Shown: positions 20,846 to 28,629, counted from the stretch's first letter. The stretch: DNA of 28,629 nucleotides from a candidate division WOR-3 bacterium (GCA_965649265.1 CBFGKC010000021.1:1-28629), one strand, 5' to 3'. The notes: generated from the letters alone by a model not told the origin. Program-made: numbers and translations.

Positions 20846-21628
20846 GTGAGTCCAAAAAAAAGGAAACTTGCCAGGAAAAAAGAGATAGCTGAAAAGTGGT
20901 GGATGATTATCGTTCTTGCGGGATTCCTGGTGATAGCCGGAAGCCTTGGAGCCGGGTTGATTTTCGGCACCAGGCAGCCGCTTGTACTCACTGAGGGGGA
21001 AACGACTTCTCTGGCTTTCGGGTCAGGGGATTCGCTTTACCTTCACAAGTTCCGCCTGACTTTTTATCCGGAGTCGCAATCGATCAAGGACTATCAAGCG
21101 CTAGTGGCATCACGTATCAACGGAAGACTGAAACTGGACACCGTTTCCCTCAATCATCCCTTGAAAAGAGGTTTCAAACGAATCTATCTTGGCGGCTACG
21201 GCCTCAGCAAGGATTCCGTCTATCTGCGTTTTGTTCTGCGCACGCCGTGGCTGGATACCATTCCATACGAATTCCCTCCGGCAGGCGTAATAAACGACGA
21301 GCGTTTTCCGATGATTATTTCCTTCGAGAACTTTCGCATCGATCGCTCGCAGCTGTGGCCATTACCCGAGGTGCCCGAGGTAAAGGTAAAGATCATTGAG
21401 CCGGGTAAGCTGATTGCGGAAAAAAAGATGCGGGCCCCGGACTCTCTCGTGTTCAATGATTACGTTCTTTATTTTGACGGCATAAGATTCAGACCGACCG
21501 CCACTTTCATGTGTGTATACGATGTAAGCTGGATTGCCGCCCTTGCAGGCGCGGCAATCATCCTTGCCGGGTTCGTTCTTGGATATGCGATAAGGGCGAA
21601 AAAGAAATTCGGGAGCCCCCATGTTTGA
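20846..21628 (+). CDS. resB: ResB/CcsB-like cytochrome c biogenesis protein (short, divergent)
   Basis: TM, L.EGE, F.L.FY..IKDY, VSLNHPL...F.RIY, C-terminal D...W....G TM; overlaps a ccsA-like gene. Confidence 0.7.
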   Translation: MSPKKRKLARKKEIAEKWWMIIVLAGFLVIAGSLGAGLIFGTRQPLVLTEGETTSLAFGSGDSLYLHKFRLTFYPESQSIKDYQALVASRINGRLKLDTVSLNHPLKRGFKRIYLGGYGLSKDSVYLRFVLRTPWLDTIPYEFPPAGVINDERFPMIISFENFRIDRSQLWPLPEVPEVKVKIIEPGKLIAEKKMRAPDSLVFNDYVLYFDGIRFRPTATFMCVYDVSWIAALAGAAIILAGFVLGYAIRAKKKFGSPHV

Positions 21629-22514
21629 ACCACTTAAGCTCTTTGCCTTCGAGAAAACGGCGCTCGTGATCATCGAAGGTCTTTACCTCATTTCTGTAAT
21701 CTTCTACTCCCCACCATCCTTGAGCACAAAAAAAATCCTAAAGGCCCTCGGCCTTGCATTTCATATCCTTGCCGCACTCCTGACCGCCGGCTTTCTCGTG
21801 ATGAGGTTTTTCGTAACCGGCCACGCACCGTTTGTCGTTTTTTACGAGGCCATAGTCTTTCTTGCCTTTTCCGTATCTTTCGCGTTTCTGATACTTTCCT
21901 GGGGCAAGGGCGTTTTCGGCTTCGGCAGAGGTGCTGCAGGTCTATCATGGATCCTAACTCTCATAGCTCTGATTCAAAGGCTTGTAAACCAGTCGGGCAC
22001 TTACCCCCGTTACCTCATTCCCCAGCTTTCAAGCTCTTTATTCGAGCCGCACGCCGCAACTGCATTTCTTGCATACGCCTGCTTCACACTCGCTTTTTTT
22101 GCATCGTTAACATCGCTGATTTCAACAAAGAACGATACAAAGCTTGAGCGTCGCTCCGTAGCCGAGTTCTTCTTATGGCCAGGGGTGATCCTTTATACCG
22201 TATCTCTTATTTTCGGAGCTGCGGCCGCACAAAAAGCCTGGGGTTCCTGGTGGATGCGGGAGCCGAAATGGATTTCGTCCCTTGCCGTATGGCTCTTGTT
22301 CGTCACTGCCCTGGTACTGCGCAGCAGCATGGGGAAGGAAACGATTGGAGACGATACCCAGCCCCACGGGAAAAATAGAGAAGAGCAACGAGGACCGGTG
22401 CCAGGGCGGCAAAAGGGAAGAGGCGTCCTTTTCAGCTGGCTTGTCATTATGGGTTTTGTGGTGATGTTACTGACCTTCCTAGCCGCGAACTCGGGTTCAC
22501 ACAAGTTCCTATAA
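21621..22514 (+). CDS. ccsA: CcsA/ResC-like heme attachment membrane protein (non-canonical WWD domain)
   Basis: GHAP...YE, LIPQLSS...PH....LAY, WGSWWMREPK, C-terminal GSHKF. Confidence 0.85.
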   Translation: MFEPLKLFAFEKTALVIIEGLYLISVIFYSPPSLSTKKILKALGLAFHILAALLTAGFLVMRFFVTGHAPFVVFYEAIVFLAFSVSFAFLILSWGKGVFGFGRGAAGLSWILTLIALIQRLVNQSGTYPRYLIPQLSSSLFEPHAATAFLAYACFTLAFFASLTSLISTKNDTKLERRSVAEFFLWPGVILYTVSLIFGAAAAQKAWGSWWMREPKWISSLAVWLLFVTALVLRSSMGKETIGDDTQPHGKNREEQRGPVPGRQKGRGVLFSWLVIMGFVVMLLTFLAANSGSHKFL

Positions 22515-22528
22515 AATTCTTCTTACAC

Positions 22529-22557
22529 TTGACAGCTTTTGCATATCGGCGTAGTAT
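22529..22557 (+). promoter_or_regulatory. sigma70-type promoter, leaderless
   Basis: TTGACA-17 bp-TAGTAT, ATG 5 nt later at 22563. Confidence 0.7.
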
Positions 22558-22562
22558 TTACC

Positions 22563-24695
22563 ATGCTAAAGGGCGAGAAAAATGAGATAGAAAAAATTAT
22601 CGATGATATCCAAGATGATCCATACGACCAAAATTACGACAAGGCTCTACCTCTTATTATCAAGCATTTAAAACCGTTCCAGGAAGCTCTCAAAGGAATT
22701 AGTTCCTCGCAGGCAAAAAAATGGTCTATTCTCGCATTTGACTTAAAAGAAAAAGAATACTACGCGCATGCTCAGGCGATTTACAGCCGGCTAAAAGAAA
22801 TTAAACCCGACGATCCATCGATTCACCAAAGCCTTGCTGAAATCTCGGAGAAACTAGGAGATCACGAAGCAGCGGAAAAGGAGTACAGACAATGCCTAAA
22901 ACTCGATCCCGGATACACATCAATTTCTGATAACCTGGCTGAGGTTCTTGAGAACAGAGGAAAAATAAGAGAAGCTGTAAAAATCTACGAAAAAGAAGCG
23001 AAGCGGGACCCTTCCAGAGCAAGTGAAAAATATGGAAAGATAGGCAGTCTTCTTCAAAGAAACGGAAATATCAGGGAAGCCGAACGAGCATATCGTCAAG
23101 CTGTAAGGGAATCAAAAAGCATTACTAACTACAGGGACTTGGGGTGGTTTTTAAGTAAGCAAAAAAGATTAATTGATGCGGAAAAAATCTACAAGGAAGG
23201 AATCAAAGATAATCCATTAAGTGCAAGCCTGTACGGAGACCTAGCGAGGATACTATGGAGTCTTCGTAAAAATGATGAGGCTGAATGGTATTACCGGCAG
23301 GCCATAAGGCTCGGCAGACATCCTGTAGCCTCGTATTATTACCTTGCCGTCTTGCTGAAAGAGGCGGGAAAAAAAGACGAATCTTTGGCTGTCGTAACAG
23401 AAGCGTTAAAACGATACGCCAAGTCAGATGTACTCCACGTACCTCAACATTATTACTATGCGCGTCTGTTAGAAGAAAACGGTGAGTTGGAGAGAGCCCG
23501 AAAGAAGTATCAGAAAGCCATTGAAAAAAACCCCATGGGGCCGACCGCATACAATGCCCTGGCTGCATTGCTTGAGAAGGAGGGGGGGGGAGGAAAGCTT
23601 TATCAAGCCGAAGCACTCTATCGCAAAGCTGATTTGCTCGGCCAGGGGGAGCCTAAATTCAAATTCGATCTGGCGAGATTTCTTGAGAAAAAAATTGTAA
23701 AGGAGAAAAATGTCGACAACAAGGAAATCGATGAAGTAGAACGTTTATATAGACAGGTAATCGAAGCCGATCCCACCAATTCTGCCGCATACAACAACCT
23801 GAGCAATATCCTGAGAAGGAAAAGAGAATATTCGGATGCCAGGGAAGTCTTGAATAAGGCTTTAAAACATCTTAAAGAACTCCCTTCGGAGAGCCAGACA
23901 AAAGTTGTAACAAGCACATGCTGGTTGATCTGCGAAACGGCATGTAACTTATTTCAATTAGGTGATTTCAGGGCAACCCGAAAATCAGTGGATTCTTTAC
24001 TGGGTCTTATCAAACGTTACCGGTCTCCTGTGGAACCAAAGAACGACCTGCTATCGCAAGCTTATTTCCTGTTGGGTTCCGCAGATTTGCAGCAAAGACA
24101 TTCTTACCGGGCAATCAAAAACCTGCAAAAAGCGGCGGTCTTGAATCCACAGGATGCTTCGATTCGATACAACCTTGCTCAGGCTTACTACTGGGCAAAC
24201 AAAAACAGGGAAGCCGTACAAGTCCTTGAGGATGCAATCCAGCTAAAAAGCAAAGAGAACAAACAATCTAAAGAAGTAAGGAGAAAATATCCTAAGGCAG
24301 ATGAATTGCTTGACACGATACATAAACTTAAAGAACCAATTCGCCTGAAGTGGTGGCAGCCCTTGCCCTTTTCTTTGATATCTGTTGGATGGATCATCTT
24401 TGCCTTGTTCAAAAATAGTTGGTTTCCGGATTACGACAAGGAACTTATGCCATACCTGTTTGGCGTGACAATTATCGTTTCCGTTTTGTTGCTCATCTAT
24501 CCCTTGATCGAGAATTTAACATTGAAAGCCAAAACAGGAAACATAGAAGCTGAACTCGCTATGAAGTCTGTTCTCGGGAATGAATCGAAAACTTACACGA
24601 TTGAGAATCCACGTATAATCCCTGAAGCACAGGAAGAAAAAATAAAAAAGCCTAAAGCACAAAAAGACGAAATAGACGAAATAGATGTGATATAA
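22563..24695 (+). CDS. tetratricopeptide-repeat protein with two C-terminal TM helices
   Basis: Many TPR-like repeats (LA..L...G...EA...Y..AI...P, AYNNL); start moved from TTG 22539 to ATG 22563 because the promoter overlaps the former. Confidence 0.88.
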   Translation: MLKGEKNEIEKIIDDIQDDPYDQNYDKALPLIIKHLKPFQEALKGISSSQAKKWSILAFDLKEKEYYAHAQAIYSRLKEIKPDDPSIHQSLAEISEKLGDHEAAEKEYRQCLKLDPGYTSISDNLAEVLENRGKIREAVKIYEKEAKRDPSRASEKYGKIGSLLQRNGNIREAERAYRQAVRESKSITNYRDLGWFLSKQKRLIDAEKIYKEGIKDNPLSASLYGDLARILWSLRKNDEAEWYYRQAIRLGRHPVASYYYLAVLLKEAGKKDESLAVVTEALKRYAKSDVLHVPQHYYYARLLEENGELERARKKYQKAIEKNPMGPTAYNALAALLEKEGGGGKLYQAEALYRKADLLGQGEPKFKFDLARFLEKKIVKEKNVDNKEIDEVERLYRQVIEADPTNSAAYNNLSNILRRKREYSDAREVLNKALKHLKELPSESQTKVVTSTCWLICETACNLFQLGDFRATRKSVDSLLGLIKRYRSPVEPKNDLLSQAYFLLGSADLQQRHSYRAIKNLQKAAVLNPQDASIRYNLAQAYYWANKNREAVQVLEDAIQLKSKENKQSKEVRRKYPKADELLDTIHKLKEPIRLKWWQPLPFSLISVGWIIFALFKNSWFPDYDKELMPYLFGVTIIVSVLLLIYPLIENLTLKAKTGNIEAELAMKSVLGNESKTYTIENPRIIPEAQEEKIKKPKAQKDEIDEIDVI

Positions 24696-24715
24696 TGAAG
24701 AAAAGGTGAAAAAAA

Positions 24716-25267
24716 ATGAGCATCCTCTTCAATCCCCGAAAGTTTTTTGACGAGATTGAGCGGTCTCACCAGTTGTCGCTGCTTCTCATCGTTTTGAGAT
24801 GGGGGGCAACGGCATCCTTCGTAATTCTGCCGTTGTGGCTTATGGAGTCGGGGCCGTTCGTGAAACCATGGCTACCCATCCCCTCAGATACCTATTACTT
24901 CTGGGAACTTATCTACCTTCTCCCCTACGGTGCGCTCCTTACACTCGCGATATCGGGTTTTTCTACACTTTGCCTGCGAATGTGCGGCCGCGCCGGTGCC
25001 TCTTTCAAAGAGGTTTTCGCCATTGTATCTTACGGACTTTTCTTGCCTTGGGTGCCTTGCCTGATATGGGACGTATTCCTCGTTTTTACTCATCATTGGT
25101 CGCTTTCCTGGGCTGTGCCCGTGCATTCGGCGGCACTCGTTGCCGAAGCCTTCCTTTACGCCTGGGGTTTCAAGAGAGTGTTCGGCACACCCTTGTGGAA
25201 GGCGGTCCTAATAGCGATTCTGAACACCATCCTGTTCTGGGGCCTGTCGGCGATTATTGTAAGATAA
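24716..25267 (+). CDS. Yip1-family membrane protein
   Basis: ILFNPRKFFDEI N-terminus, G.GASFKEVF..VSY, about 5 TM helices; SD AAAGGTG. Confidence 0.75.
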   Translation: MSILFNPRKFFDEIERSHQLSLLLIVLRWGATASFVILPLWLMESGPFVKPWLPIPSDTYYFWELIYLLPYGALLTLAISGFSTLCLRMCGRAGASFKEVFAIVSYGLFLPWVPCLIWDVFLVFTHHWSLSWAVPVHSAALVAEAFLYAWGFKRVFGTPLWKAVLIAILNTILFWGLSAIIVR

Positions 25268-25280
25268 TCTGGAGGTTTTT

Positions 25281-25670
25281 GTGAGAAAACAATTGTTTTT
25301 TGCAGCTTGTTTGTTGCTTTCCGCTTGCACACCTCGAGTTGGCATTGACAAGGGGAATGAAATCGTTTCTACAAGAACCAGGCCTGTTTTGATTGAAGAA
25401 TTCTCCGTCGACAGCTTTCTAGTAAGATCCTTCGAGTACAGTCACGACAAAAGAACCGATTGGGAGACAGTTTACGCCTTCCCTGTCTACAAGAAAACGG
25501 ATAAACCGCTAAGGGTAATCGTTCTGGAGTGGCACAACCTTTTCGGAACTAAGGCTTATTTTCTTGAAGAAACTTTCAATGGTGGAAACCATTTCACTTA
25601 TGAGACTTACGAGCAACGTCCGGAATACCCCGCACTGAAGGATAAAGTGATAAGCATCCTGCAACATTGA
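25281..25670 (+). CDS. hypothetical lipoprotein
   Basis: Lipobox LLLSA-C after a basic N-terminus; SD GGAGG. Confidence 0.75.
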   Translation: MRKQLFFAACLLLSACTPRVGIDKGNEIVSTRTRPVLIEEFSVDSFLVRSFEYSHDKRTDWETVYAFPVYKKTDKPLRVIVLEWHNLFGTKAYFLEETFNGGNHFTYETYEQRPEYPALKDKVISILQH

Positions 25671-25694
25671 CGGACTATTTTACTTTCCTAAAAT
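25667..25694 (+). promoter_or_regulatory. sigma70-type promoter, -35 overlaps the upstream stop codon
   Basis: TTGACG-16 bp-TAAAAT. Confidence 0.7.
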
Positions 25695-25730
25695 AAATAC
25701 AGATACGAACACTCATAATGAGGAGGAACA

Positions 25731-26660
25731 ATGCAAGACGCATACGAGCACAGACCAGGTATGCTATCAAAAAAAACGCCTGAGCCCGTGAACTGTTCTT
25801 TCTCCTGGAGCGTCAAAACCATTCTTACCCGATTAGGGCTTGATATACCTGTCTACGAGATACGAGGTTTTTCGCTTAACGCCTTCGCGATATGGGCGCA
25901 TCCGGACAAGCCAGTGACACTATGGCTGGACTCCAACTGCGACGTTTTCAACGAGACGCTGCTGCGCTCGCTCGGGTTGAGAGGAGAGCTTTTGAAGATA
26001 CCGGACAAGGAAAGTGACTTTCTCGATTACTTCATTCACCACTGGAGCGGCAGGGTCATGGAAAATCTTGTTCGCGGAGTACCGGTCGCCTGCACCGAAA
26101 CCTGGACGTCTTCCACCTGGGGCATAATTACAGAATGGAACAAGGATAAAAGGATCCTCAAAGGTTATGTCCCGAGCAGCGGGAAAGTAATAGTGAACGA
26201 TTCCTGGCCTCGCAAGATACTGCTTATAGGAGGTTCTGCAGTAGCGCTCAACGCAGACACGAGTATCAGACTGGTTTTGAAACAAGCCGTCGACTTAGCT
26301 TCCAACCGCATAGGAAAGACCGGATGGGTAAGCGGCATTGATGCATACATACTCTGGCTGCAAAAAATAAAAGAAGCCTATTCCAGCAACGTGGCCGATC
26401 ACAGCTCCTTTTCTCAAAGCATCGCGGAATCCCGAAAAGACGCCGGCCGGTTTCTCACTCACCATGCAGATTTTCACGATTCGGAAACCGAGCGCATGAT
26501 GCTTTCGCTGGCAAAGAGGTACCATATGATTTCTGAAAATCTGGAAGAGGCTGGAAGTGCGCCGGGTATAAAACCATTCGTTAGCGCTCTCACGGAGGCC
26601 ATGCGTTCCGAGGAGAAAGCACTGCTGCTTCTCGAGGAGTTAATCTTTCGAACAGAATAG
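25731..26660 (+). CDS. hypothetical protein (weak BtrH-like resemblance)
   Basis: 309-aa ORF, SD GAGGAGG; helical C-terminus SGIDAY..W..ESRKDAGRFL. Confidence 0.7.
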   Translation: MQDAYEHRPGMLSKKTPEPVNCSFSWSVKTILTRLGLDIPVYEIRGFSLNAFAIWAHPDKPVTLWLDSNCDVFNETLLRSLGLRGELLKIPDKESDFLDYFIHHWSGRVMENLVRGVPVACTETWTSSTWGIITEWNKDKRILKGYVPSSGKVIVNDSWPRKILLIGGSAVALNADTSIRLVLKQAVDLASNRIGKTGWVSGIDAYILWLQKIKEAYSSNVADHSSFSQSIAESRKDAGRFLTHHADFHDSETERMMLSLAKRYHMISENLEEAGSAPGIKPFVSALTEAMRSEEKALLLLEELIFRTE

Positions 26661-26689
26661 TTGACAGCACCCATGAAAACCTATATGCT
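26661..26689 (+). promoter_or_regulatory. sigma70-type promoter directly after a stop codon
   Basis: TTGACA-17 bp-TATGCT. Confidence 0.55.
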
Positions 26690-26708
26690 TAGGTATGGGA
26701 GCTTCTTC

Positions 26709-27758
26709 TTGAAAAGAATATCTCTCGTTTTTTTCCTTCTCGCGTCTCTTCACGCTTCAACGTGGGAAACCCCTTATCCTTTCAATTCAATAATGAGTTC
26801 CATTACTCCTGAATGGCCTAGAGAGAAGGATGAACGATTTCATTTGAAAATCCATATATCCGGTTTGTTAAATCTTACGACATTTACGGCAAATAACGGC
26901 GATGCGTCAAGTGTGATAAAAAGAGGTCTCACCTCCCTCACAAGCGCTAAGGGTATCACGGGTGTTACGGGTGTTACGGGTTCTGCCCCCTCCTTTTTTT
27001 TGTACCCGGAGCTTGCGGTCAGTACCGAATTCAAGTCATTTGGATTCGAGATCTCGGCTTTGCAAATCATTTCAGCGACAGATTATAGTTGGGAGTCGGA
27101 TACACTTGGTTCGGGTAATTCCCTGAATCTCTACAGAATCAACGCTCAGGGAATGTGGCAATTTTTACCTTGGCTTGAGATTTCCACAGGATATAATCAT
27201 TACCTGGGATACCGGGAAAGATATGATTCGATCTCATTTGCTCAGGCGCCCTCTTTTTCCATTGGTGCCGCATTTGAACCGCTGAAGGACCTCAAGTTGA
27301 GCCTATTAACTCACACTCCTGCAAGACTTTATTTCAAAGAACTCACGGATACGTTAAAACTCCCTTTAATTTTTTTGGCGGATGTCGGGCTTTTCCCCAC
27401 GGAAAAGCTCGATTTTTTCGGGTCGGTTAGATTTTCTCAAGTATTTCCTGAAAATCGAGATGCGGATTCAACCGATGATCTCTTAAAGGCCTTCGGGTTC
27501 AGAGCAGGAGCGGATTTCAAACCCATACCTTCGGTCAATCTGCGACTTATGGGCGACTATTCGGCATCCCCTCTTTACACTCTCGAACCTTTGTGGTCCG
27601 ATGAACAAGGAATCGTCATTTCGCTTGAGGGTTCATGGCGCAAGGAACCACTTGTTTTTTCTGCACTTATCGCGTCGGGGCGATACTACGCTTCAAAAAC
27701 GGATGGCTTTAATTCGAATTCCTATATACTTCGTCTCGGCGCAGCGTTCGAATTGTAA
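26709..27758 (+). CDS. outer-membrane beta-barrel protein
   Basis: TTG 26709 with SD GGGAG gives signal peptide MKRISLVFFLLASLHA; alternating beta-strands; C-terminus YILRLGAAFEL. Confidence 0.72.
   Translation: MKRISLVFFLLASLHASTWETPYPFNSIMSSITPEWPREKDERFHLKIHISGLLNLTTFTANNGDASSVIKRGLTSLTSAKGITGVTGVTGSAPSFFLYPELAVSTEFKSFGFEISALQIISATDYSWESDTLGSGNSLNLYRINAQGMWQFLPWLEISTGYNHYLGYRERYDSISFAQAPSFSIGAAFEPLKDLKLSLLTHTPARLYFKELTDTLKLPLIFLADVGLFPTEKLDFFGSVRFSQVFPENRDADSTDDLLKAFGFRAGADFKPIPSVNLRLMGDYSASPLYTLEPLWSDEQGIVISLEGSWRKEPLVFSALIASGRYYASKTDGFNSNSYILRLGAAFEL
26952..26981 (+). repeat. in-frame 9-bp tandem repeat (GIT-GVT-GVT-G)
   Basis: GGTATCACG GGTGTTACG GGTGTTACG GGT. Confidence 0.7.
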
Positions 27759-27766
27759 ATATTAAC

Positions 27767-27794
27767 TTGACTTAGCCTGAATATTTTCTACACT
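27767..27794 (+). promoter_or_regulatory. sigma70-type promoter
   Basis: TTGACT-16 bp-TACACT. Confidence 0.7.
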
Positions 27795-27821
27795 TAAAAG
27801 AAAATCACGCAAGGAGGCTAA

Positions 27822-28313
27822 ATGAAAGCCAGTCCCAAACAGTCGCTAGAGGACCTTTTCGCAATGGCCGTAAAGGCCGAGATTGAAGCCCAGGAAATAT
27901 ATTCCAACATCGCTAACCATACGAAAAACTTTGTCTTAAAAGAGAAGATGCAGTTTCTGGCGGGCGAGGAGAAGAAACATGAGGCCATACTCCGCGGCCT
28001 GTTCAAGCAGAAGTTTGCCGCCAAAGAGCTCGTGCTGCCGAATGAGACGATGGCTCCCGTTCCCGCATGGAACCCCGCCGAGGGTATGGCGATAAGTGAC
28101 GTACTCAAAGCCGCTATGCAGACCGAGTTGGATTCAAACTTATTCTACCACGAGATGGCCGGACGAGTAGATGAACCCAAGGAAAAAGCCATGTTCAAGT
28201 ATCTCGCGGCCATGGAACAGACGCATTATCAATTGCTTGAGGTCGAGTACCACGCGGCGACCGAGATAGAAGATTACGATCGTTTTGACCCGGCCGTGCA
28301 CTTTGGAGCCTAG
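27822..28313 (+). CDS. ferritin-like/rubrerythrin-family diiron protein
   Basis: AVKAEIEAQEIY, EEKKH, AMQTE..FY, MEQTH (two ExxH motifs); SD AAGGAGG. Confidence 0.9.
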   Translation: MKASPKQSLEDLFAMAVKAEIEAQEIYSNIANHTKNFVLKEKMQFLAGEEKKHEAILRGLFKQKFAAKELVLPNETMAPVPAWNPAEGMAISDVLKAAMQTELDSNLFYHEMAGRVDEPKEKAMFKYLAAMEQTHYQLLEVEYHAATEIEDYDRFDPAVHFGA

Positions 28314-28350
28314 GTAAGGCACGCAGATACGGCAAAAACGTCCTGGCAAC

Positions 28351-28378
28351 TTGACGAGGCGTTTATGCGTCCTATAAT
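28351..28378 (+). promoter_or_regulatory. strong sigma70-type promoter upstream of a region with no called ORF
   Basis: TTGACG-16 bp-TATAAT. Confidence 0.8.
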
Positions 28379-28399
28379 GTAGTTAGAGAAAAGGAAATT

Positions 28400-28475
28400 A
28401 CCCTCCCCTAACCATCAACCCCTCCCGCGAGCGGAGTAAGGCAACTTACCCCGCTCGCCTTACTTATAAAAGGGA
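28400..28475. repeat. REP-like element apparently interrupted by a second palindrome
   Basis: CCCTCCCCTAACC..CCCCTCCC [GCGAGCGG-A-GTAAG-gcaa-CTTAC-C-CCGCTCGC-CTTAC] TTATAAAAGGGA. Confidence 0.55.
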
Positions 28476-28505
28476 TTTTTCAGAAGCCCCACATCGCACG
28501 GAAGC

Positions 28506-28569
28506 CGGGGTCCCCAGGGAAGCGCGTTCCGTTCGTGAGAACGGCGTGATTCTCTTGGGGTAAAAAAAG
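28506..28569. repeat. CGGGG(Y)CCCC-hairpin-GGGG-TAAAAAA element, copy 3
   Basis: CGGGGTCCCCAGGGAA..CCGTTC-gtga-GAACGG..TTCTCTTGGGGTAAAAAAAG. Confidence 0.6.
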
Positions 28570-28629
28570 TGGGACAAAAGCTGGTCAGAAGATGGACAAA
28601 ATAATCTGTAGAGTGAAGTCAGGTTTAAC

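Noticed and set aside
22539-22562. TTG start of the TPR gene (and TTG 26661 for the barrel gene)
   Set aside because: These codons lie inside predicted promoter elements; downstream starts fit better
22563-24695. A/T-richer TPR gene as an island or defence system
   Set aside because: No mobility genes, flanking repeats or recognisable effector domain; Lys/Glu-rich composition explains the skew

Overview
Core-genome window of a diderm bacterium. The T9SS/FlgD-type C-termini suggest an uncultured FCB-associated lineage such as WOR-3, which is inference only. In order it contains: a stand-alone 23S rRNA gene (minus strand, own consensus promoter and terminator, no adjacent 16S, tRNA or 5S); two secreted proteins (M6-like metalloprotease, PD40 beta-propeller); an rseC-iscS-iscU::DUF59 Fe-S operon; a Na+/solute symporter with a small partner protein behind a structured ~175-nt leader; an operon of an unusual UshA-like/thioredoxin/thioredoxin/CcdA fusion plus mnmG plus a QueG-like gene; a PPC/DUF296 gene, tRNA-Ile2(CAU) and a membrane protein; a TIM-barrel protein; a divergent ResB/CcsA pair; and TPR, Yip1, lipoprotein, beta-barrel and ferritin-like genes. 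The most notable signals are: (1) a ResB/CcsA pair that appears to lack both transmembrane heme histidines and has a rewritten WWD motif while keeping both periplasmic histidines, near the multi-domain thiol-relay fusion; (2) sigma70-type promoters with a 16-bp spacer in 13-14 of 16 cases, many feeding leaderless mRNAs; (3) the unlinked 23S gene; (4) structure-conserved, partly nested palindromic repeats at both ends of the window.
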